In this document: piece after piece, positions 1 through 13,103 of the stretch
Numbering within the stretch: position 1 is the stretch's first letter
Layout of the letters: every line of letters begins with the position of its first letter
Origin: Camelus dromedarius
Lineage: Eukaryota
Direction: 5' to 3'
NCBI RefSeq assembly: GCF_036321535.1
Contig: NC_087447.1
Span: 48,734,001-48,798,000, forward strand
DNA: 64,000 nt
The notes under the pieces: model-generated
Told to the model about the DNA's origin: nothing
Databases searched by the model: none
Seen by the model: the letters and a program-made list of their open reading frames with translations, nothing else
Position numbers and translations under genes: made by a program

Positions 1-1729
1 ACTGGTTCCAAAGCCCTCCTTTATCTAGATAGAGCTGTCAACAAACCAAAGTTAACACATTTGACTATTAATTATAAGATCTCTTCCCCAGAAGAGATGA
101 CAGTTAGTTATGGCCACAACAAATATCATGAACAACTCTATGAATGCAGGTGTTGGGAGGAAGAATCTAAATAATACAGCATTAACCCAGGACTGGCTCA
201 CATTTTATGCAAGGCCCTTGGGGCCCCCTGCCATCTAGTACTTGGGCAACCTTGTCTAGATGGAGGAGGGGAAGAGTTGAGTTAAGATCCAGGAGGCATA
301 AGTTCTTATCTACTGTCCCACTTGTCAGGCAAGAAAGCTGTGCCTTCCTCTTTCCTCATATGGGCCAATGGAAAGCAAGAGCAGCACAATGAAATTAATG
401 GCTCAATGAATCATCTGGCCAGTCATCATTTATGGAGGCCCACTTTTGGGCAATCTCATCCTGGGGGTTCCAGGAAGCCAGTCCCTGTACTCAGGGGGCA
501 CATTGCCAGCTCTTAAATAATGTAGGAGACAATCCAGGAGTTACTGGGGCTTAAAGGAAGAAGGGCTCGGAGAGTGTTCACAGTGATGAAAGAATTTGAG
601 TTGGACCTGGAAGGGTGTTTTGGAAGTAGAGAAGGCAAGGGAAGGAAACAGATGAGCAAAGGCCTGACAACAAGAAAGCACATAAAATGTTTTGAAGAAT
701 GGAAAGTAGCATAAAGAGGGTGAGATGTGTGGAAGGATAAGTTAGGATGTGGGATGGAGAGACTGGCCCAAACCAGATTATGGAGGGCTGTAAGTGCCAG
801 GTGGCAGAGTTGGAACTTTATCCTGTAGCTGGGGAAGAACCACGGGATGATATTTTAAAAGGGGATAGTTTTCTGACATTTTAAATGATCAGATCTGTGC
901 TTGGAAAGGACACCCTGGCTGGTGTGTGAAGTGGGCAGGAATTGAGGCAGGGGGCCCAGTGATAAGGGTCTTGAAATAGCTTAGGTTCAAGTTGCTGAGT
1001 CCTGCGCTGGGGGATGACAAGTTGGGGTGGGACAGTTGGGGGATGTGAGAGGCATTTGGGGGGGGTGTGAGAGGCATTTTTGGGAGGGAATGGCTAATGC
1101 AATGGTTGCAGGAGGAAGGGGCCTCACACAGTTTTACAGGTAGACAACAGACAGGTGGCATAAGTGCTGGAAGAGCTCACTCTGAGGAAATAGATTTCTT
1201 GCCCTGTTTGTACTTCAGTTTCCTTCATCTATCAAAAAAAGATTCTCACCAGCAATTGTTCAATGGGTATTGAGTTTCAGATGAAAAGATCTAGAGATTT
1301 GTTGCATGACAATGTAAATATGGTTAACACTATTGAGGTGTACCATTGAAAATGGTTAGGATGATAAATTTTTTTAAACATATTACAATTTTTAAAAATT
1401 AAAAAAAAAAATTATTATCCCTGCTCTGCCTCCCTCCAGGCTTACCTGAGCATATACTTTTATTACAGTGAAGAGGATTTTAAAAATATATTTTAATAAA
1501 AAACATGGTTTCCATTAAAATGATGATCTATTTTTCATTTTTGAGAAGTAAATACCCATACACAGTTAAAAAAAAATTGCAGCTGTACATACAATGAAAA
1601 TGAAGTCTCTCTGTTCCCAGTGGCCCAGGTCTCTTTCACAGGTCACTGTTATCAGTTTTCTTAAATATCCTTGCAAGGGGGTTTGAATTGATGGGCAGAG
1701 GGAGGGCCACCTCAGCCTGAAAGACTCAC

Positions 1730-1863
1730 CAAACAGCAGACAAATTCAGTGGCTCCTAGTCGGCTTCAGGAATCTCCCTGTGGGTGCCCTAAGGCTCCTC
1801 AGCCCCTCAGCTTCTTCAGGATGTCCCTGGACACATCTAGGGTCTCAGTATTGTCTTTGGGAG
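1730..1863 (-). other. KCNE3: Probable non-coding exon 2 (5' UTR) of KCNE3
   Basis: On the minus strand a long pyrimidine tract TTCCTTCCTTTTCTGGCCCTTCTGGGCCTTCCTAG| precedes a 134-nt exon ending ...CTGCTGTTTG|GTGAGT. It lies about 5.4 kb from exon 1, consistent with the recalled KCNE3 structure of two UTR exons and one coding exon. Confidence 0.6.
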
Positions 1864-4800
1864 CTAGGAAGGCCCAGAAGGGCCAGAAAAGGAAGGAACC
1901 AGACACACAGAAAAAACTTCAGAACAAGGGTGGATCGCCCAAGGCCAAGCCGGAGGGTTGTGCAATAGCCCTGCTGAGGGTTCTGACCTCCGCCTGCTTC
2001 CCCTCCCCACCCTGCAACAGCTGGATCAGGCTAGCCTAGGGGTGCAGTTAGAGGAACTGTGCCGCAGCCAAGGGACATCTGACTGTAGTCCCCGACTCCA
2101 GGCCCACAGTGTCTCCACTGGGTGACTTCATGAGAAACCTCAATTCAACACATGGACTGCTGCTCAGGGGCCAGCTAACAGTGCAGACTAAAGTGTCCCC
2201 TTCCCCCAGGGTACTGCCAGCTTAGCAGGAGCATCTAAAGGCTGAAAGGGCCAGAGACCCAAGGAAATGATGCGAGTGGCAGAATGGCAATCAGCACTGG
2301 GGTTGATATTTTATGTAGGAACAAATGATGTTACCAATCAACCTATTTGGATAGACTGGGTATAAACATAGGCATGGCATCAACACTACCTGTAGCATAA
2401 CTTTGTTGTGAAAATTAAAGGAGAAAATTATGCAGTGACTAGCACTAGACTCTTCACAGATGTGGTGGTGGTTTTATTTGTGTACAGCAGAGGTTGGCAG
2501 GGCCTTCAGAATCCTTTTAGTCTAACCTCCATCATTTAAAAAAATTAAAAAGAATTTTTTTATTGTCAATACATATAATTTTGATTATTTATAGCTGTGC
2601 TAAAAGTGCTAAAAGCATAAACATTTTTATAAGATGGATATACACCAAGTTTTTTTTTGAATATACATATATTCATTTTCATATTCTTAACCTCCTTCAC
2701 TTTATAGTGAAAGAAATGAAAACCAAAGAGTTGTCTGGGTTCAGCTGCTACTTGTATGACTTTGAGCATGTGACTTCCTTTTTCTGAGTCCCAGCTTCTG
2801 TCTGCATCTGTAAAATGAAGGGGTTTTACTATGTAATCTTATAAGGTCCTGATCAGCTCCAGCACCCCATAAAGATACAAATCTCAAAACCATACTGTGA
2901 GATTGTGGGAGATTGGACAGGCTGGTCAGAGAGGCATTTGGGAGGCTCTCTAGAGCCCCAAAACACAAGATAGAGAAGGCTGCAGACCTTTTCCTTACAG
3001 GTTAGGGTGCTTCGGAGTCCTAGGACTGCATTACATTTAATACTCCAGCCTAGATAAACTGAAGGCCAAACCTGTTGATTTGTTCATTTTTCCTCTTTAC
3101 AGCTCACCTGCGAGGGTGATCCAGCCTGGGAGAGAGAGTCTGTGCAGAAAGTGGGGTAGGGGGACAGTGCGGGCTCTGAGGTGGGGTTCAGTGAGGGAAG
3201 TAAAGTTTCACAAAACCGTTCATTCCTCAGACCCTCCTTCCAGCGCCTCTCTGGATAGTCCTGGATACTTGTGGTTCTGGTGGGAGGAGTAAAGGAGCCA
3301 TAGTTGCATATCTTTAGGAGATGGGTTGGGATGGGAGGAGGGCCCTAGTGCCAGGGCATCCTGTTGGGTCAGGAGAGGCAGAGCTGATAAAGGGACAGCT
3401 TGGTTCTTAATGACCTGACTCTGGGTCCCAGGACAGGGATTAGTAGTTGGCAACATTGGGAATTTTGTTCCTCTTTCTGAGCTCCTTGGCTTCTCTCTTC
3501 AAGGTAGTCATGGATTGTGAAGCTCTTTGGATGGGAAAGACAGAGCTCCTGCCCTGCAGAGTCCTTGACTTGAAACAGGAGATAACCAGTTAGGAAGGAA
3601 GGTGAACAGTGATTGATGTTAAAGATCATTTAGAATCTAGATTGTAGGCCAACCCCTCCATTTTGTAGATGAGGAAACTGAAGGTCGGAGAGGGGAAGTG
3701 ACAAGTCCAAAATGACATGGCTAGTAAATGGCAGAGTTCAGATGAGAACCCGTCTTTGGGGTGCTTTTCGGGTGCTCCTTCCACTACAGGTGGCAACATG
3801 CCCTAGCATCTGAGCAGCATAGCACACCAAACACAGACTCCCCGTGTCCTGGGACACAGTCTCCTCTAACTCCATGTGCCTGATGATACTGAGCTACAGG
3901 CTATTCTGCTTTCTCCTGAACTGCAGATTCTTGCCAATCTTAACCGAGGATCCAGTAAGGGGAGAAATTGGTAACTTTTGGAGTTTTCCTTCCTTTGTAG
4001 TCTTGTCTCCCGTGGCTCCTTCTGCTCCTGACCTACTCCTGCTCCCCCATACAAACCAGGTGCCCTCTCTTCCTCCACACCCTGATACTACTCTTTCCTG
4101 CACATTAACAGGTTCTCCCTAAATGTTTTTAACTTGAGCTCACCCAGCCTCTAACCTGGGGGTGGAGGTGTAAAGCTGTGACCTGAAGGATGAATGGGAT
4201 ATCTTAGTGAAGTTTTCTTTCAGGTCTCTCTACCATTGGTTCTTTTGGTTTCTGTATTGCTCTGTTTCAGCTACTCTTTCAGAATGAGTGTTTTAAGTGC
4301 CTGGAAATGTGGTAGAGAGACAAGGGGGAAAAGGTCATAAAACAGGCAGGGGATCCAAAGACAACTCCTGCAGCTTCACAATTTTGCCACTGGTCTGTCT
4401 GGTGGTATCTCCACCATGGACTGGACAGCCCATGGGGTGGGAGAGGAGCTGAAAGAATGAACCTTAACATATAGTTGGAAGGAGACACAGGAATAAAATC
4501 TGAGCTGGAAGCAATCTTAATAATCATGTTGGTGGTGCAACCCTCTCATTCAACCAGTGGGAAAATAGAGTTGTTAAGTGGGAAAATAGAGTTGTTAAAG
4601 AATTAAAGAAGAAATCACTTGCTTAAGGTCTCACAGCCTAGGAGGGGTGAAGCTGGGACCAGAAACAGGTATCCTGTCCACAGATATTTCTATAAGTTTC
4701 CCATTACCTGTAGGACAGTCTAACCTCCTCTGAGTATCATTCAGACTCCTTTGGATGTGACCGTGCCTCTAGCCCCATCTCATCACAGCTTTTCCCAGTG

Positions 4801-6929
4801 CATGTGCCCGACGATACTGAGCTACAGGCTATTCTCCAGACATTCCTTGCACTTGCACACCTATCACCTTTGCTCATGCTGTTTTCTTAGGCAGGAATGC
4901 CCTTCCACTTTTTATCTGCCTGGTGAACTCCTACTCATCCTTCAGTACCCAGCTCCAATGTCACCTCTGTAGACTGTCTCCTGAGACAGTTCCCTCCTCA
5001 CTCCCTAGACAGTTAGCCTCTCCCTCTTGTCTGTTCCTAAAGTGCTTTGCATAACACCTTATTAGACCACTATGCTGTACTGAAATTGTATCTCTGTGTG
5101 TATCTATGTAAACATCAATAGATACAGATATATATGCTTAACTGCACTAGGAGGTATGAGGGCAGGGAGCTGTGCTTCATACATTTCTTTATAGCAGACA
5201 CTCAAGAATAGATGGATCAATGCCTCTTCATACATACACATTCATGAAAACAGCTTACAGTACTTAAAAATCAACTTCAAGAGCAGGCCAAAGCATTCCA
5301 TTTGGTCTGGAGAAAGGGAGGCTCAAAGAAAACACATCATCTTGGTCAGGTGGGAAAGTGAGTCGGGGAGAAGGAATTCTAAGCTGCCTTTGGAAGTCCA
5401 GATGTTCCCTGCACCTGAACCCCTGTCAATCCAAAGGGCAAACATTCTTGGCCCCAAAACACCAGCGGTGGCTTTGCAATCCTTTTCCCTGTGTACCTGC
5501 CCAGGGTGTGGCCATACACACCAACTGCTGCATACACACAGTCCAACTCCCAGTCTCCCAGCCTCCCTTGCCTTTCAAGTGTGCCTTTCATGGTTCGAAT
5601 CTTGGCTGTATGCATGGCTATGTGGCCTTGAGCACTGCATTTATTTCCTCTGAAACTCATCTATGAGATTGGGGTAATTACCCTTGCCCTGCTTGCCTCA
5701 CATGGGACCTCAGGGAGACAATGGAGGAAAGGTGTTTTAGAAATTGCAAAGTATTATATAAACATAAGAAATAATTATTGGGCAGCCTGGTCACCTTGTT
5801 TCCTTTTCTGTTTCCCTGTCTCCTCCCCCTGCTCCCTAGTATTACCAAGAACAGCCATCCCTATGTCCCCTCTCTCCACCCTTGGTTCTCCTACCCTCAG
5901 AAGAGGTTCAGGAGGTTCTTTATTACTCTTCTTGATTCTCAGGCACTTACCTCCTTCAGAAGCATTCCTTGTTTCTCATCCTCTCTGATCAGCCCTGTAG
6001 TCTCTTTCCATTTAGTCCTATCGGTGATGGAGAACACACCAGAGTTGGAGTCAATAGACCTGCCCCTACTTTGCAGACCAAGTGTCTTGGTTAAGTCTTA
6101 AGTCATTTCTTCACTCTGGGCCTCACTCCTGCATCAGTAAGCTGGGGTTTCTTGTCTTGCCTTCCTCTTAGTAGGTATTTTGAACATCCACCCATTCAAT
6201 TGATGGATAGAAATGTCTGGAGAAGTATGGAGTAAGTGAAGGAGGAAGAAGGATTTTGGTTATCATCTCAAGGAGTCAAGGAAATCTGAAAGCAGTTTCC
6301 TTGCTTCCAGCATGGATCTCCTCCCTCCATTTGGAGCTGAAAATGTGGCTGGAGGCCAGGAGATAATGAGGAGTTTACATATTTACAATGCACTTTTGTA
6401 GCTGAAGTGGAGACAGCCCTGGGCTAGAAGTGAGGAGAATTAATTTCTACTTCTGTCTAGTCCCCGGTGTGATCCTGGGCCAGCCATCTTCCCCTGAGCC
6501 TCAGTTTCCCCACATGTCAACTGGTGAGAAGTCGGGAGGAGGGATAGGAGAAGATACTCTTCATGGGCCCTCACACAAGGGCCGGAATTCATGTACTTTC
6601 TAGACAAGGGTCCAACCCTCCTTTCCCCACATACCATAAGGAGTACCCAGGCAATAGGGCCAGGGGCCCATTTTACAGGTGGTGACCTAGGAAAAGAGCG
6701 CACAAGGTATAGAGCAGCTGGGTAACTAGCACAGATTTTAACAACCTGTAAGCTAGAACCCAGGTCTTCTGACTTCCTGCCTAGATCTACATCATTTGCA
6801 CTAGAAGATGTTTTTGGGAGCCTCCAGCCTTTTCCTGGGACTGCGGCGCATAAGGCGAGGGGCACAATGGAGTAGCGAATGGGCAAGTCAACTAGCAGAG
6901 CAAGCGGCTCCCACCAAGCAAGAAAACAC

Positions 6930-7640
6930 GCTGGGTGCTGGAGTGTCATTTCCGCCTGTGCGCTTGTGGCGGAGCCGCAGGTGTTCGTATGTATATCTGA
7001 GGATGTGGAAGGAGCTTTTAGTGCCGCTGTCCCGGGGCCTGCGAGTGCAGACGCAAGCCCCACGGTTTCTGGGCCGGGCATGCCAGGAGTTGAGCCCCGC
7101 ACTCCCACGTGCGCCTGGGATCCCTGTGGCTCGACTCGAGGGAGGATCAGTTCCTTGTCTGAGCCGCCCCCCACGCCAAAGGAGTAGGGAAGATTCCTCA
7201 TTTATACCCCCCCACGTCAGCTTAACCTTTCCGACCTGGGAGTGCACCTTACCTGCCTCGCGGCGAGGCTCCGAGGGGCGCCGTCTGCTAGTTGGACACC
7301 GCGCCCTGGGCTCGTGGGTGCGCTGCACTGAGCCGCAAGGAGCTCCGCCAGCCTCTCTGCGCTCTGACCCGCGCTCCGCCGCCTTTCCCCTTCCCCAGGG
7401 TGTCCCTCCCCCGGCCCCGCCCGGCCCCGCCCGGCCCCTAACCCACCCACTTCTCCTCCCGGAGCTGGCTTCGGGCGCCTCCGCCCAGCTGCTTGGCCCC
7501 ACTCCGCTGTGGGCTCTGACCCTTCCGTCCCTTGCAGCGCCTGCTTCCTGGACCTGAGACCGAATGCTTCTTGATTCGCTTCAGCTTGCCCAGTCTGAGA
7601 CCGTGCTCAGAAGGCGAGGCTGAGTGTCGGGTGCTGGTGG
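6930..7640. promoter_or_regulatory. CpG island, probable KCNE3 promoter
   Basis: CpG-rich stretch with tandem CCGGCCCCGC (about 2.8 copies, 7411-7438) containing Sp1-type GC boxes. The gene assignment is inferred from recalled synteny with LIPT2. Confidence 0.8.
7253..7400 (-). other. KCNE3: Probable non-coding exon 1 of KCNE3 (5' boundary approximate)
   Basis: Consensus donor CAG|GTAAGG on the minus strand (exon ends 7253), just downstream of the GC boxes in the island. Identity rests on recalled gene order (KCNE3 and LIPT2 both minus strand); no KCNE3 coding sequence is in the window. Confidence 0.6.
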
Positions 7641-8540
7641 AATCAAGCTTTGCCCCTATGTGGTCGTGTGGTGGTGGGCAAGTCACTGCTCCTCACTGGT
7701 CCTTGGCTTCCTGGCTGTAAAATGGGTACAGTTCCTGCACGCCTTCTTCACAGGATGAATGCGGGTTGGATGCGATCTTAGAATCCAAAATATTAAAGCT
7801 GGGTGGTTACTGGACAAATCATCTGATTCTAACACAAATCCTCTTTTCCAGAGAGGATGCAGTTTCCGGAAGGGGCCCAGTTTTGGGGAAGGGGGCTTAC
7901 CCAGGTTCACCAAGGATGTCACTGGCAGAGCTCAGACTCAGAATCCGCTAGGGCACTCTCTCCCCTTAACCTCGGGCAATGTCTCCTCCCTCCAAGTCTC
8001 ACAGTCCCTCACATGCCCAGACAACTGGTCATACCTCACTGCTCCCTGTCCCAGGATACTCTGCTTTCTGGCTGCCCAGGTCCTCATTCAAGCTCTTGCT
8101 TCCTTGCTGGTGACACTGCAGGTTCCAGAGAAGAGAAGCAACCAGGGACAGCTGAGAAATGAGGGCCAGGAAGCCATGGGCAGGGGAGTGGACAATGGCA
8201 GGGAATAACCTTTCAGAGACTGTGGGTAGTCCTTATCAGAGCCCTTTCTGCCAGCCTGTGGCCTTGGGATAGTTAATAATAGGCTAAGCTCTGGCTCCCT
8301 TGTAAACAAAGATCTGTTCTAGGACATCTGAGGAATACTCCCTCAATCACAGACTCTCAGATTATATCTATGAAGTGCTATCATTTAAAAAAGACCTATA
8401 ACATGGAAGGGATGTTGTAAAAATTGCTGATCTTCATCAAAACACGTTACTTCTGTGTGACTTCGGTACTTACACATTTTGACCCAGCTACTCCTTTTTC
8501 TCAGTCTGAATATCACCTCTCAGGGAAGTCATCCTGACCC

Positions 8541-8742
8541 TGGGCATGTAGTTTCAAATTTCAGTCAACCTAAGAATCACCTTGGCTTCTTTTAAGTGAA
8601 GTAGACTTTTGGGTTCCATGCCAGAGGTTCTAATTCAGGAGATCTGGAATAGAGCCCAGAAATTAGCTTTTTTTTTTTTTTTAAAGCTTCCTGAAAGATT
8701 GTGATGCAAGTGATTCTTGAGACCAGCCTTGAGGAAACAGCT
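8541..8742. mobile_element. MER5-like hAT-Charlie MITE remnant
   Basis: TAGTTTCAAA...AGAATCACCT...CCAGAGGTTCTAATTCAGGAGATCTGG...GATTGTGATGC...TTGAGGAAACAGCT, the typical MER5 layout. Confidence 0.6.
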
Positions 8743-10084
8743 CTGGCTCAGTTAGCATTCCTTCCCACATCCTGCCAAGGCCTTGCATATAATCTATAGG
8801 ACTATTTATTACAGTTATCAAAAGTAACTGTCCACCTCATCTACTAGATTGTGAGTTCTTTGAAGATAGAGATTGTTTCTTGTCCTAATAAAAGAATTCT
8901 ATATTTCTGTGTGTGTGTATGTAATACAGATTTTACAGATTTATTGCATATTAATCATGTCATTTCACACAATTTTAAGTAAACAGACTTAGAGAAAATA
9001 CACTGGGAGTGTTAAACAGATGATGACAATATTGATGAGAGTGTTCGAGTGTTCAAGTGTTCATATCAGGTAGTAAGAGGCACCACTGCCACCATCATCC
9101 CCCAAAATTTGTACATTTCATATAAAAAGTAAAAATAGTTCATTGGCATTTAACTGGCATTATTCTTTGTAATCTATGAACCATGATGAGCCTGAACAAT
9201 TTCAGACTCTTTAGAGCAAAACAAAGCATTTTCTTTTACTAACTAATGTAGCAATTTCAATTTCCTTAAAAAAAAAAAAGCAAATAAAAAAAAAAGAAAA
9301 CTACACACACAATCCTCAAACTGAAATTGGTATATTCCAATGGTCCTGAATTTTAATGTTTCTATTATATTAATTCGAGAAATAAAATGTGATTCAGCTT
9401 TTGAAAATGAGATTGAACTTCTTCATCGTAATTATGCTTACTTCATAGTTCAAATGATTTAACTGAAGCCAATGTAAACCTAGTAAAAACCATGGATACA
9501 ACTCAACTGCTCTCTTGCTAAGGAAACTTCTTTAAAAGTGAACTATTCTTTAAAAGCTCAGACTCAAGATGCACAGTTGTAACTTGAGGAACTAACAATT
9601 GATATCACAGCAGTAGTTCTATGTGTCTTTAAAGCTGGAGAGCATATACAGAATCACTGTGAATCACACATACATAGCAATAACTTCCTGGTAAAACTAC
9701 ACTAATAGTTTCCTCTATTAATGATTTAAAAAATAATTGAGCATGTACGGTTCAGCATTTGAAAGACTTCTATGCCTACTATTACAAAGATGCTCACGCA
9801 AGGAAATATATTTTGATACTTGCAAAGAAACAAGACTTGAAATGTGGTTTTGTGATAACCCATTTAGAAGACCTGAGTTACCAAACAACTAAAAATAACC
9901 ATCAAAAGATAAATAGGAATTTCTTAAAACCATTGTCTCTAAAGGTACAAAAATTAAATCTTAAGGTATCTTTTACTCCCAGTTATCTTGGTATATGCAG
10001 CAAAGAGATTTGTTTTATGGAATATTTTAAATAGGATCCAACACTTATATTCAAATGCTTTCTAATGTATTTGGCAGATTTGGC

Positions 10085-10226
10085 TTTTTTGTTTGTTTGT
10101 TTGCTTTGGGGGAGGTAATTAGGTTTGTTTGTTTGTTTGTTTATTCTAATGGAGATACTGGGGATTGAACCCAGGACTTCGAGCATGCTAATCATGCACT
10201 CTACCACTGAACCATAACCTCCCCCC
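10085..10226 (-). mobile_element. tRNA-derived SINE (Vic-1-like, camelid)
   Basis: Minus strand GGGGGAGGTTATGGTTCAGTGGTAGAGTGCATG...GGTTCAATCCCCAG (A/B boxes), an (AAAC)n linker, ACCTAATTACCTCCCCC and an A-rich tail. Inserted in the RWDD4 pseudogene UTR. Confidence 0.85.
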
Positions 10227-10231
10227 TCAGA

Positions 10232-10440
10232 TTTTTTTTAATTCTTATTTTTTGTTGAAGTGTAGTCAGTTTACAATATTAGGTTCATGTGTACAGCAAA
10301 GTGATTCAGTTATATGTGTACATACACACATATATTTTTTCAGATTATTTTTCATTACAGCTCATTATGAGAATTGAATATAGTTCCCTGCGCTATACAG
10401 TAGGTCCTTGTTATCTATCTATTTTATATATAGTAATGTG
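10232..10440 (-). mobile_element. Short L1 3'-end fragment
   Basis: T-tract then TTGAAGTGTAGTCAGTTTACAAT...GAATATAGTTCCCTGCGCTATACAGTAGGTCCTTG, the same family as 30475-31267 and 56455-57449. Confidence 0.8.
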
Positions 10441-11177
10441 TTCAAATTTGTTTTATATTCTCCTGTTCAACATTCCACTGGAAGCTCTCATAATCAAACA
10501 CCGTGACCCAAACCATGAGAAAAGTACAAGCATATTCATTTGTTAAAAAGAAGCAGTTCACCCTTGAAAAATAAAAAGGAACTGCAAAATATAGTATGTA
10601 TGAAGTTCAAATACTAGTATTTAAATTTCTCTGAAGCAATCTATGCTTCAGTAATTAAGAGAAAGATGAGCTGAAGATTTTATTGAGATGAGAAGCCTAG
10701 TAATATGGCTCATGCTGTGGACTAATTGTTCACTCAGTCTTCTGCTCCATTGGGATGAGAGTCTGAAAAGGGCTTCACACTCCTTTAAAAAAATCACATC
10801 CACTAGAATAAGATCATATAAATTAACATTGATTATTATTCCTCGTATTTGTTCATTTATAAAGCTCAATTGGCTTCATAAGCTATACTGAACAGTAATA
10901 TTTTCACCTTTTACGAGGGTGAGTTTGTGGAAATAATTTAATATAACCAGATCTCTTCATGACCTTTCAGTTTGAAACATTTTTTAAATGAGAAATGTAC
11001 ACAAAACAATTCTGTTTTACAAAAACCAACCTCAATACCAGAAAAGATTAGTAAAAGATTTTGAACCCCATTTACTTTTTAAAGGATGCTTTTCCCTTGT
11101 CTCAAATTCTAAGCACTATTCATCACCTTTTGAGTCAGTTTCACTAACTTCACCACATCCACCCAGTTCCATCCTCA

Positions 11178-11444
<267 letters not shown>

Positions 11445-11447
11445 CTA

Positions 11448-11663
<216 letters not shown>

Positions 11664-13071
11664 TCATTGGCACTCAGTGCACACTGCTTGCTGGGCACCT
11701 CCTGGGCAGATGGCATTCAAGACAATGCAGAGAAAGGAGGGCAGTGGCCATGAGAACTACGTGGCTGCCTTCCTTGCCCTTGGCTGGGAAGGCACACCCT
11801 TCACATGGCAGACACACAAGACCCTCTGGCAGTGCCAAGCCACCGGTTGGGGGCTGGTCTATGTTTCACTCTTGACAGGAGATTGATCAGTTTTTCTTGC
11901 ACACCTCTAGTGACAAGGAACTCATTGCTTCAAGGCAGCTGAGGCTCTGATTGTTAAGATGTTCTTACCATTTGACAAATACTGCCTCCCAATGACTTCT
12001 ACCCTTTGGTCCTTATGCCCAATGATGACATCAAATACGTGCCTAATCTTTGTTCCCTTCTTCAGTCCTTCAAAAACTTAAGGTCTGTCTTCTACTTCCC
12101 CTTCTCAAGTAAGGTGACAGGAACCTTGTTAGGGACCGCAGCTGGCTGAGGAGCCATAGGAAAGTAGGCTGAGCTGCCTCATTTTCGCCATCTGTGCCTT
12201 ACAGTCTTGCTGTGAGGCTTAGATGATCCAGTGTGTATAACATGCTGAGAGGATGATGCACATGCATGATAAATGGCAGTTTATAATATTATTAGATGAG
12301 AAAAGGAAGGATGAAACAGAATTCCTGTCCTGGGGAGACCATTGTCTGAGAAGGACCTTTGGGGAACTATCTAATCCACAGAAGTTGGGGACAAGGTCCT
12401 GACCTTGTGATAGGGAGGGTGAGAGAGTAGGGTGGGCTGAATGAAGGGGTCAGGGGAAGACTCACCTAGAGACACACCTTCAAGTCTTAAGTGCCACCTT
12501 CTTGGTGAAGTCTTCCCTCACCATCCTATTTACAAATCCCTTCCTAATCCCTTCCTCCGCCTGTCCTCCCTAAACCCCTTCCCTGCCTTGCTTTTGAATA
12601 ACATCAAACATCATCTGATCTGATAAAATATGAATATTGTTCTTCCTGCATCACAGCTGAAGCTCACAGCTCCTGTCTGTCAGCCCGATCTCAGAGCTCT
12701 CCTCTGCTCTGGATTCCTGTAACCGCCCCCTCCCCTCTCTTTTTCAGGCCTGGGGAGGTAATGGTGCCCAAATGTTCCAAGATCCAGGGTACCTCATAAC
12801 CTCTTGTGGTTTCCCTACTCCCTGCCCACCTCTTTGAATAGAGCCTCCTTACATTACTGACGTGAGATGGCCATCTGCTTCCTGCCGGACCTGGCTGATA
12901 CAGAAGCCCATTCTCTTCCAGCCCCTGTACTTCCCTTGAACACAGCACTTACTCTGTGTTATAACTGTCTACTTTATTTGTTGACTCCACACCTAGAACA
13001 TAATCTCCTTAAGGGCAATAAGCCAACACTAAACCTGCACAGAGTAGACCTTACTGAGGATTTGTTGAATA

Positions 13072-13103
13072 AATGAATGAATGAATGAATGAATGAATGA
13101 ATG
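13072..13103. repeat. (AATG)n microsatellite at an L2 3' terminus
   Basis: TTTGTTGAATAAATGAATGAATGAATG..., the typical L2 tail. Confidence 0.85.

Noticed and set aside
6440..7557. Long overlapping ORFs (253, 249 and 204 aa) on both strands
   Set aside because: They coincide with a CpG island where stop codons are rare, are low-complexity Pro/Gly/Arg/Ala, run into MIR-derived sequence and resemble no known protein.
8668..8682. T-run as poly(A) tail of the RWDD4 retrocopy
   Set aside because: It lies inside a MER5-like element about 260 bp beyond the AATAAA; the retrocopy more plausibly ends near 8915.
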